From Mobula hypostoma (taxonomy: Eukaryota), in the NCBI RefSeq assembly GCF_963921235.1, contig NC_086108.1:3968001-4032000 (forward strand): a stretch of 64,000 bases of DNA, in the 5' to 3' direction. Within the stretch, counting starts at the first letter, position 1. Each line of letters opens with the position of its first letter. This document shows positions 36,512-46,880 of this stretch, one piece after another. A program made the position numbers and the translations under genes. A model generated the notes under the pieces. That model was not told where the DNA came from. It saw nothing but the letters and a program-made list of their open reading frames with translations, and did no database searches.

Positions 36512-37417
36512 AGTAATGTTATGTATTGCACTGTACTGCTGCCGCAAAAAACAACTCATTTCATGAGATATGTGAGTGATGATGAACCTGATTCTGATAT
36601 GGGTCTCTATTGTGGACTGAGAGTGGGAAGGGGGCAGGGAGAGGGGAATCATAGTTGGGAAAAGGGGAAGGGAGAGGGGAGGGAGCAGGAAGCACCAGAG
36701 AGACATTCCATGATGATCAATAAACCAATTGTTTGGAATTAAATGACTTTCCTTGACACTCCTTCTGTGCCACCTGTTCCACACCCCTCCTGTGGCACTC
36801 CACCCTTGCCATTCCCAACATCCTTTCCTCCCACCAGATTTACAATCTCACTCGCCACTCCACGTTGACAAATACAGTAATACAGTATTGTGCAAAAGTC
36901 TTGGGTACCCTCACTGTATATTTATCTATATAGATGGATATATCTGGGATCATTGTTCATTGTGAAATCTGTTGGCAGAGGGGAAGAAGCTGTTGCTGAA
37001 CTATTGAGTGTGTGTATCCCCTCCCTGATGGTAGCAATGAGAAGAGGCCACGTCCTGGGTGATGGGGGTCCATAATGATGGATCCGCCTTTCTGAAGCAT
37101 CGCCTTTTGACGATGTCCTGGATGGTGGGGAGGCTAGTGCCCATTTTGGATCTAGTGGAGTTTGCTGCCCTCCACAGCTTTTTCCGATACTCCATACCAG
37201 ACAGTGATGCAACCAGTTAGAGTTCTCTCCATAGTACTTGTGCACACAGTAATAAACTGTGGTCATAAAGCCCAAATAGTGATGTGTAACTGTCGGAGGC
37301 AGCAGTTGCTTCATAATGCCCAGAGTTGTCCTGTATTCCCTCTTCACGTGAATCAAAGTCTGTGAAGAGCCTGTACTTGATTCTGACCAGCATCTTGTAT
37401 CTTGGCTTGAATCACAG

Positions 37418-37559
37418 GGAGCTCCTGAAAGACGATTCTTTCCTATACGTTCCAGCGGTGATCGACGAGCTCACAACGAAGCGAGTTTTTACTGCAGAGT
37501 TGGTGTCGGGCATGCCCCTGGACAAGTGCGGCGATCTCGATCAGTGCACTCGGAATAAG
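37418..37559 (+). CDS. COQ8B: COQ8B coding exon (R-ELLKDDSFLYVPAVIDELTTKRVFTAELVSGMPLDKCGDLDQCTRNK)
   Basis: atcacag| acceptor and aag|gtatgc donor; 142 nt, phase 2-0, consistent with neighbours. Confidence 0.95.
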
Positions 37560-38218
37560 GTATGCTTGCAGTTTGTCTGTTCGTCAGGATGGTTCTGGGG
37601 AAGAGTTGGGGGGAGCAAGACAGCGTGGTAGCCCTCTGCAGCGCCAGCGATCTGGGTTCAGTTCTCATCGCTATCTGTCTGTAAGGAGCTTGCATGTTCT
37701 TCCCGTGATCAGCTGGTGTTCCAGTTTCCTTTCCTGAGTGCCTTTGGTGACATACCAAACTCCTCCAACTCCTAAAGAAATGTAGCCACTGTCGTGCCTT
37801 CTTTCTACCTGACTCTAATTAAAATATTTTTCTTTATGAACGAGAGAGAAAGTTGCTAACTTCAATGGTTTCTTCACCTAAGCCAGCAATCAAAACAATC
37901 TGTCATTAGGTACGACGTACATTAGTTGCAAGTCCACCTACCATCAAACAAACTCTTTAAGGCAATGTTAGCTTTGCAACCATGACTTACTTAAGCCCAT
38001 CACCCCTGCTGGGGCACAGGTCAGCCGGTCCGCAAGAATATTGTCAATATTAAACCAGTCCGCGGTGCAAGAAAGGTTGGAGGCCCCTGCTGTAAAGCAT
38101 TGTGCTAACCACTACGCTACCGTGCTCCTTTGTCAGAAGTGATTGATTTGAATGTCATCTTTTTGTGTTTCCCTATGAATCCTGCTTTTGGGTAAATGTT
38201 CTATGTTCCGATTTTCAG

Positions 38219-38326
38219 ATTTGCTCCAGCATACTCGAGTTATGTCTCCGTGAAGTGTTTGAGTTCAGGTTCATGCAGACCGATCCAAACTGGTCCAATT
38301 TCTTTTTTGACGCAGAGAAGCAGAAG
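38219..38326 (+). CDS. COQ8B: COQ8B coding exon, catalytic loop ([36 protein letters not shown])
   Basis: attttcag| acceptor and aag|gtgagg donor; 108 nt; QTDPNWSNF catalytic motif. Confidence 0.96.
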
Positions 38327-38890
38327 GTGAGGCACATTTACTGTTCCTTCACCTCCAGTGTTGCAAAGTTCAAAGTGCATTTATTATCAATGTATGTATA
38401 TATTACACAGCCTTGAGATTTGTTTCCTTACAGGCAGCCACAAAACAAAGAAACCCAAAAGAATCTATTAAAAAAAAGACTGTCAAACATCCAATGTGCA
38501 GAGAGAAAAAAACAAATTGTGCAAACAATAAAAGTAAGCAAATATCATTCAGGACTGAAGGTTATGAAAAAGAGTTCATCCACAGACACTGAGCCACAGC
38601 CTCAGTTTAGCGCAGAGCCGAGTAACCGTCGTGGAGCAGCAAGCTGAACCGCAACAACTTGGACTTCCATGATTATTTTCTTCTCTCTTGGTCCCAGATC
38701 CCAGTGCCATGACACGGACCAGGATAAATAGAACTTATCCTACGAGAGGTGGGACACAAGGGTAGTTAATGGAACAGAGGGACTGTAATATGGAAGATTA
38801 ACTTATTTGCCGAATGAAAATTGTTCTAAGAGCCACTTCCTCCCTGCTGGTTAATGATGGGCCTGTTCAAGGTATGTATCTGCCTTCCCA

Positions 38891-39887
38891 TTAGATTAGA
38901 TTCAACTTTATTGTCATTGTGCCGAGTACAGATACAAAGCCAATGAAATGCATTTAGCATCTGACCGGAAATGCAAAGAATAGTGTTATTTACAAAATAA
39001 CTATGAATAAAAAAAGTGCTTACAGCACACAAATATAAAAGTACTGAGGCAGTACAATACGGATGCAATACTGCTTAGCGCTGTGATGAGAGGTTCAGCA
39101 GGGTCACAGCCTCAGGGAAGAAGCTCTTCCTGTGCCTGCTGGTGCGGGAGCGGAGGCTCCTGTAGCGCCTACCGGATGGGAGGAGAGTAAAAAGTCCATG
39201 GTTAGGATGAGATGCATCCCTGATAATGCTTTTCACCCGCCCAGGCAGCGTTTATGGTAGATGTTCTCAATGGTGGGCAATTGGGTGCCAATAATCTGCT
39301 GGGCAGTTTTCACCACACGCTGGAGTGCTTTGTGGACCGATACGGGACAATTGCTATACCACACTGAGATGCAGTTGGTGAGTATGCTCTCAATGGTACA
39401 GCAGTAAAAATCCGTCAGTATCCTGGGACAGAGGTGAGATTTCTTGATGCTTCGCAGGAAATAAAGGTTCTGTTCCGCCTTTTTGATCCAGATGGAGGAG
39501 TTCAGGGACCAGGTGAGATCCTCGGAAATGTGGACACCAAGGAATTTGAAGCTTGATACACGCTCCACTACAGTTCCGTTGATGTAGATGGGGACGTGAG
39601 TGTGACTCCTGGCATGCCTAAAGTCCACAATGATCTCCTTGGTCTTCTGGGTGTTAAGAGCCAGGTTGTTGTCGGCACACCATGCGGCCAGGTGCTGGAC
39701 CTCGTCCCTGTAGGCCGTCTCATCATCCCCTCTGATCAGACCAACCACTGTGGTGTCGTCTACGAACTTGATTATGGAGTTAGAACCATGTACAGGAATG
39801 CAGTCATAGGTGAAAAGGGAGTACAGAAGAGGGCTCAGCACACAGCCTTGAGGCATGCTGGTGTTCAGGGTGAGAGTGGAGGAGGAG
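38891..39887 (-). mobile_element. Rex1/Babar-type LINE, 5'-truncated, relatively well preserved
   Basis: ORF 39233-39856: [39 protein letters not shown]; (AATCT)n 3' tail. Confidence 0.88.
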
Positions 39888-41139
39888 AGGTTGCTCCTGC
39901 TCCTGTGCCCTGTGGCACTGGTTTCTGGTCCTAGACCATGTGCTGTGATTACATTGACTGGCTTCTAGTTCTCAGGTGTATAAAGGTGAACACACATGCG
40001 CGCATCTCCCTCTTGACCCTGAGCTACTCCGGGCTGAGAGCCACAGGCAGTGCTAGAGAAACCATTTGGAAAGTGTGTTACAGTTAATAGGGGGAGGGTC
40101 TCGTATTTTGGGTGGACACATAGTTAAGTAGATGTTTATTGCTTGTTTAATCTTGTTGTGCAAATTGGAGAGATTTAACAAGTGTATTGAGAGCTTAGTG
40201 TTGTAGTTTCTATAGTTTATGTGGAACTATATCTGTAACCCTGGTCTTTATGAATTTGTAACTTTTGTAAAATGTAACGTGACAAATTTGAACCTGTGTG
40301 GCCCCAGAGTGTGTTGTTAGTTCATTAGGATGGGAGGCTTACAAGAAGTGTTTGTGTGTTTTATAGCATGGGTGTATTTATGATGAGGAATGTTTTGGTA
40401 ACCGAGAAAAACAGGATACAGCTTTTATTGGGGGGAGTGGTGGTGGTGGAGAAGAAGCCACAAAAGACAAATGGACTGATTGTGCTACAGATGCTAGGAT
40501 GTCATTATCAGATGGAATGATCTCAAGCAGATGAAGTTAAATTACTGGTCTCTGTAAAAAAATATAAAAATGGTTTGTTCTGAGCTCTAAGATTGAAGCT
40601 ACTTTCCAGTGACAACGAATGGAGGTAGACATTCCCTTTCAAGTAATAAATGTGCTTATAATTTGATCCACTCTGAAACTGTTGTTGTCTGTTACTCTAT
40701 ATCAGAGGACCTAACTGAATGGTGCACAGACATTTGGGTGACTTAGATGAGCGCTTGTTTGATGTACAGGCGTGTACAGTGTTTCATTGCTTGCTTGTGA
40801 ATAAACAGTTGCTGTACTTACCCACAATCAGCGTCTGCTGTTTCACTTACCGAACCCGCAAATCTCCTTCTGTATGACGGAGCACAGAGCACTGGAGCAT
40901 AGTTCATTGAAAGCAGCATCACAGTAGACCAAGTGATGAGAGAGGTGTTCAGCATGCTGGCCTTCATCAGTCAGGGCTCTGTGTACAGGAGTTGTTGTAC
41001 CATAGCAGATCGATTGCGAGAACGTGGCAAGTGGCTGATCGATGACCCAGTGAATCGATTAGGCCTTCCTCACATGGAGAACTCTCTTTTGGGCACAGGT
41101 GCTTGAGTGCCCAGGTTTTTGTCCTGGTGGACCTGGATG

Positions 41140-41630
41140 GAAAGATGTAAATAAGGTTGACAGAGTACAGAGAAAATTTACAAGGATGTTGCTGGGTCTG
41201 GAGGACCTGAGCTGTTAAGGAAAGATTGAATAGGTCTGGACTTTATTCCTCGGAACATAGAAGATTGAGAGAAGATTTGATAGAGGAATACAAAATTATG
41301 AGGGCCATAGATAGGATAAATGCAAGCAGGCTTTTCACTGAGGTTGGGTGGGATTACAACTAGAGGTCATGAGTTAAGGGTGAAAGATGAAAAGTTTAAG
41401 GTGAATCTGAGGGAAAACTTCATTCAGAGGGTGGTAAGAGTGTGGAACAAGTCGCCAGCGCAAGTGGTGCATGAGAGCTCAATTTCAAAGTTGAAGAGAA
41501 GTTTGGATGGGTACATGGATGGGAGGCGTTTGGAGGGTTATGGTCCTGGTGCAGGTTGATGGGAGTAGGCAGTTTATATTGTTCAGCATGGTCTGAATGG
41601 GCCAAGGGCCTATCTCTGCTGTATTTTTCT
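41140..41630 (+). mobile_element. CR1 3' fragment
   Basis: TRGHELRVK..QRVVRVWN motif and 3' tail. Confidence 0.8.
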
Positions 41631-42452
41631 AAGACTCAGTCCTGACAACATCCTTATAAATCTCCTGTGCACTTTTTCCAGTTTAATAACATTTTTACCC
41701 ATAGTGGGGTAACTAAAGGCTAAGTCAATCCTCAATGGAAGTTAACATAATGAGAGGTAACCTTATTCCATGGAATCTCAACGAGATGTTTTCCCTGATG
41801 GTGAATTGTAGAATTAGGGAGCTTAATTACAGAATACAGGGTTGTCTGTTTAAGGTAGAGATGAAGTCATTCTCAGAATTCTCTATCCCAGAAAGCTTCA
41901 AAGACTGAATGTCTTCAAAGCCAGGCTGGATATCTGATAGTCAGGGGAGGTTTGTTTTTGCAAAGATCTAGCCAGAAATTGAAGTTGTGGCCAAAGAGAG
42001 CCTGTCTGAGACACCAGAGTGTTAGGATGGACTGTATTTTTAATGGTCTTCAGATCACTGTCTCTTTGGGTTTTTGCTGGTGGTTGGGGGGAGGAGGAGT
42101 GGAGGGGGAGAGTTGATGCTTTTGCTACTGCTTGTGTGTCAGAGGGGGAGCAGGAGCTTTGTGGGTCTGACATTCCTGTCATTCATTCTTTGGGGGTTTT
42201 TCTGTATCATGGATGTCTGTGAAGAGTAAGAATTTCAGATTGTATACTGTCTGCATTCTCTGATATTAAATCGAAGCATTTGAACCATTGAAAGATCCAA
42301 TTAATGCTGATCCTATTAAATGGCAGAACAGGCTCAAGGGTTGTATGTTCTTTCACAATGTCTTAAGAACACAAGATATCTCGTCGTGCGATGCTGCCTT
42401 TTATCCTGTGAGTTTAACAGCAAGATTTAATTTTGTATTTCTTGCCCAACAG

Positions 42453-42518
42453 TTAACATTATTGGATTTTGGAGCAAGCAGGGAATATGGTAAAGAATTT
42501 ACGGATAACTACATTGAG
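42453..42518 (+). CDS. COQ8B: COQ8B coding exon, DFG motif ([22 protein letters not shown])
   Basis: ccaacag| acceptor and gag|gtaggt donor; 66 nt; DFG motif. Confidence 0.95.
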
Positions 42519-43276
42519 GTAGGTGGAAAGTATCCATGCTATTCTTGTTAAATGTAAAGCACGTTAGTGCCGATGTTGGAGGACGAGATATCTCAGCTCA
42601 CCAGGTGAGCACTTTACACAGTGACTGAGTGGGTACTTACTGCCTGTTACCTTGCTGGTGTTTAGGACAGCAGTGAAGTTTCTCTGGCAGTGTTCAGGGC
42701 TTCCGTCATCGTGTTAGTAACTCAGTTTTCACTACTGACAGTCATGTAAGGCCAGGGTGGAGCCTCAAGACTACCGTCTCACTCAGGTGAAGAAGGATTC
42801 TTCATTGCTGTTTCCATAACAATTTTGTTTGACCAGTCAGGGTTGTCAGTCCTGAGCTGAACCCCTGAACCTGGAGGGCTGGTGGATCACTCTTGGTCTG
42901 GCCTCTACTCTTTGACCTGTTTGACATGGGTGACCCTACCATGAGCCAAAGCATAAAGCCGTGATTTCCAGCCAGCATAGCTCTCCGGGTCATTAGGGCA
43001 CGCAAGCCTCCAAACCCTACAATAAGGTTGTGGTCCTCTTAGATGGACTTAGCGGATATCCTTCCTCAAAGTTAAAAGCAAATTTTTATTATCAAAGTAC
43101 GTAAATCTCACCAAATACTACCTTGCAGGCATTCACAGAGGAACAAAGAAGTACAATAGAATCAGTGGAAAACTACACAAAGACTGACAAATTATGCAAA
43201 TACAAAAAAGAAGCACGTCATAATAAATAAATAAATAATGTGGAAAATGTGCAAGTCCGACAGTCAAAGGTTGCAC

Positions 43277-43549
43277 CGAGTTGTTCTCCGATCTTGGCAA
43301 TTTACTTGCAAACGTTTCATCACCATACGGGGAGACATCATCAGTGCGCTGTTGATTGTGGAGTGTCCCCGAATGCTTGGCCTTTATATACTTATCAATA
43401 TAAGGTACAATACGACCAATCAGCTGATGGATAAGTATATAAAGGCTAAGCATTTGGAAGACACACCACAATCAACAGCGCACTGCCAATGTCCCCTCGT
43501 ATGGTGATGAAACTTTGCAGATAAGTTGCCAAGATTGGAGAACAACTCG
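43277..43549. repeat. Palindrome of two inverted Penelope-type terminal repeats (120-bp arms, 33-nt spacer)
   Basis: 43277-43396 is the imperfect reverse complement of 43430-43549. Confidence 0.9.
43308..43347 (-). ncRNA. Minimal hammerhead ribozyme motif in the left arm of the palindrome
   Basis: The - strand reads GCA-CTGATGA-TGTCTCCCCGTATGGTGAT-GAAA-CGTT-TGC: intact core, GUU site, ACGU palindrome. Confidence 0.72.
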
Positions 43550-43984
43550 ACCCAATACGTACATACATAGTCGGACAGGCAGGTAGACAAACAAACAGAG
43601 AACGTGAGTTGTGGAGCTTGTGAAAGTGAATACAAAGATGTGTCAGTGATCATTTCTGTGTTGTGGTGAGTGAAGTTATCCACACCAGTTCTGGAGCCTG
43701 ATGGTTGAAGGGTAATAACTGTTCCTGCCAGCCAATCTGAAGGTTGCAGGTTCTAACCCAATCTCAAGCCTATAGCTGCTATTGCAATATGCAGAAATGT
43801 ATCCATTTAGGAACAGCAAGAGCCCACGCACAGATATATCTGCATTCCCTTTATCTCTTTCACCAATCAACTTCCCAGCTCCTTACTTAACCCTCCCCCC
43901 ACCCAGTTTCACCTATCACCCTCCACCTTGTACTTCTTCCTCCCCTCCCCCCACCTTCCTATTCTGACTTCACCTCTTCACTTC

Positions 43985-44022
43985 CAGTCCTGAAGAAGGG
44001 TCTCAGCCTGAAACATCGACTG
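43985..44022 (+). ncRNA. Hammerhead motif in an isolated Penelope 3'-tail copy
   Basis: CAGTC-CTGAAGA-AGGGTCTCAGCCT-GAAA-CATC-GACTG; core present, stem III palindrome lost. Confidence 0.6.
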
Positions 44023-44499
44023 TTTATTCTTCTCCATAGATGCTGTTTAGCCTGCTGAGTTCCTGAGATTTTATATGTATGTGTTGCTTTGGATTTCCAG
44101 CATCTGCAGATATTTTCACATTTGCTGTCTTTAAAATGTATGATAAGATGGGCTCTTGACCTCATAGTCTACCTCATCAAGGCCTTGTACCCTATTGCCT
44201 GCCTGCACTACACTTTCTCCATAACTGTAACACTTTATTTAGACTGATGAGATGAGGTGATGACATGCAAAACAAAGTTTTTCACTGTACCTTGATGCAT
44301 GCAACAGTAGTAAACTAATTTACCCATTTTAAATCGTAATCACAAGAGATTCTGCAGATGCTGGGCATCACGCTCAAAATGCTGGAGGAACTCGCCTGGT
44401 CTCACCTATCACCTGTCAGCTTGGATTTCTTCCATTCCCACCACCTTTTTATTCTTGCTTCTGCACCCTTCCTGATCAGAAACCTGAGAGAGAGAGACC

Positions 44500-44972
44500 C
44501 TGTTGGTCAGGGTCAACAATGGATGTTGCATCCTGGCTGTCTAGATACACAAGCCAGGGCAGTACGATTCGGAGAGCAAGCTGTTACCCATGTAGCAAGC
44601 TCCCCTCTCCACACATCTGATGTCAGTCAGCATTGATGTCAGGACTGCTTTAGGGACTCCAGCTCCAGATTTTTCCTTCAGAGTTTACTCCCGAAACCTT
44701 TCCCATGAGCAGCTATAGCTGCAAGCCAGTGGAGGTTTGAGATCAGAGTTTTCCTTCTCCTAGATGAGCTGCCAACCACAGCTGACAAGTGCCATCTGCC
44801 TAAAGCGACTGGTTTTAAGGTGCCAGTAATCTGCCCTTGCCCCTTTTCATGTCAGTAGAAACAGCTCCTCTGGGCTTGGGAGGCTGTTTGAGATGCACAT
44901 CATTGGGAGCATTGGCTAGGTAGTGGGAGCTTATCCCCATTACCACCCCTGGCTATAACAACCTTAAGGAAC
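44500..44972. mobile_element. Interspersed repeat (second copy at 61175-61767)
   Basis: Shared GGAGAGCAAGCTGTT.CCCATGTAGCAAGCTCCCC..GAGGTTTGAGATCAGAGTTTTCCTT..GGCTATAACAACCTTAAGGAAC. Confidence 0.7.
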
Positions 44973-45199
44973 TAAGTCTGCTTATCCACTCCATAGATGC
45001 TGCCTGACCTGCTGAGTTTTGTGTGTGTTGCTCAAGATTTCCACCTTCTGTATTTTTTGTGTCTCGTGTTTAGAAATAATGAAGTAGTGTTCATGAGTTC
45101 AAGGACTGTTCAAAAGGGGGGAAGAGGCTGTTTCCGTAACACTCCTTAGATGTCCTGGCTCCAAGCTCCAGCAGTCTTATTTTCCCTTTCTCCCCCCAG

Positions 45200-45286
45200 G
45201 TGATCCGAGCAGCTGCCGACGGTGACCGAGGGAAAGTGCTGCAGAAATCGCGGGATTTGAAATTTCTAACTGGATATGAGACAAAG
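45200..45286 (+). CDS. COQ8B: COQ8B penultimate coding exon ([29 protein letters not shown])
   Basis: Polypyrimidine tract and cccag| acceptor; 87 nt; donor is non-canonical [29 protein letters not shown] matches COQ8B as recalled. Confidence 0.93.
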
Positions 45287-45394
45287 GCAAGTCTGAGATT
45301 AGATTTGTGGGCGGGGAAGACAAACAGGACAGGTAGATCCAGTCAGGAGTCTGTCGAACACATCCACGCAAAAGGCGGAGAAAGGGAATTTTCT

Positions 45395-46880
45395 TTCTAC
45401 CGACGCATAAACTCTTCTCGGGCTTCCAGCTGGGCCCAGTTGTCGATTTTAATGATCGTCTCGATGACAAATTCCGCATCTTCATCAGGAATGATTCCTA
45501 AGTATGTCTAGACCAGTGGTATATATACTCAACTCCCATCGTCTGTCCCTCCTATTGGTTACTTTCAAAGTTTCAAAGGTACATTTAATGTCAGAGAAAT
45601 GTATACAATATACATCCTGAAATTCTTTTTCTTTGCAACCATCCACGAAAACAGAGGAGTGCCCCAAAGAATGAATGACAGTTAAATGTTAGAACCTCAA
45701 AGCCCCCCCCAGCTCCCCCCCCACACACAAGCAGCAGCAAAGCAACAATCCCCCCTCCCCACCAGCAAAAATAGCATTGGTGCCCACCTTTGAGCACTCA
45801 AGTATACAGCAAAGCATCAATAAAGACACAGACTTGCAGTACCCCAAAGACTACTCATTCACCCAGTATTCAACATACCACGGGCTCTCTCTCTGTCTCT
45901 CCCTAATAAGGGAAAAAAAGAGGTGTCACAGTTTCATTGAGAGAGGGGAGGTATAATAATCAACTCACTGATTTATGATGTTAAATGTCCGTTGCATCGC
46001 TTTTTTCCGAGGTCTGTGTCCAAAGAACTCGGATCTCTGGGCACACAGCTAGAGATCTTCCATCTCCCAAACACACTGATTTCCTGAAGAGGGACCAACC
46101 TCGAGCCCGCCCGCCTCCAGAGACACAAAATCCTGAAACTCCAAAGTTGTGCTAATCTCCTAGGCCATATCCTCGGTATATCAAATAACGGCCAGTCATG
46201 AGACCCCAAGAGCGGGTCCCATTCCTGCAAAGAACGAAAGTCAGCATGTAACTCCAGGTCAGGGTCTTCAAAAGAACCCTGAAAGAGAAAAATCGAGATA
46301 TTAAAGATAGAAATAGAAACGTTCCCAAAGATGCAAGCAAATGAGTCGCTGTTAGGCACCATTGTCTCTTCAACCAATCAGGTTTCTGCTGCCCCACCTT
46401 GTTTGAGATCATATTCCAGTTCTTACCTAGAGCGAGACCTTCCTCCTTATTAAAATTGTTATTCTCTAGTCTTAGTTCAAAGGTTTCCTTCACCAGGCAG
46501 TCCCAAAAGTCATTGGCGCGGCTCACTACTTTTGTGCTGTTGAAGTCAATCCTGTGGTTATTGTGAATGCAGTGTTCTGCTGCTGCAGATTTCTCTGGGT
46601 AACCCAAATGGATACACCTCCTGTGCTCCTGTACACCTCAGTGGAATATGATTTTAAACAAGGTGGGACAGCAGAAACCTGATTGGCTGAGAATTAATCA
46701 ATCAGGAGGGACAGATGACTGGAGATGTGTATATATACCACCTGACTAGACATGCCTAGCCATCATCCCTGATGAAGATGGTGGAGTCTGTCATCGAAAA
46801 ATCAGTAAAAATTGATACCTGTACCTGGCTGGAAGCCCGAGAAGTGTTTATTCATCATATATGCCAGGAAAGCACTAAGT
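45395..46880 (-). mobile_element. Second Penelope family remnant with inverted terminal repeat, split by an ~0.8-kb insertion
   Basis: 46372-46630 (-) encodes a GIY-YIG C-terminus (KSAAAEHCIHNNHRIDF..E..NNFNKEEG). Its 3' repeat continues at 45395-45562 (-) and is duplicated in inverted orientation at 46644-46870 (+). Confidence 0.75.

Noticed and set aside
45287..45511. Extension of the penultimate exon ORF to 103 aa
   Set aside because: COQ8 similarity stops at ..GYETK, where a GC donor lies; the extension runs into Penelope repeat sequence.
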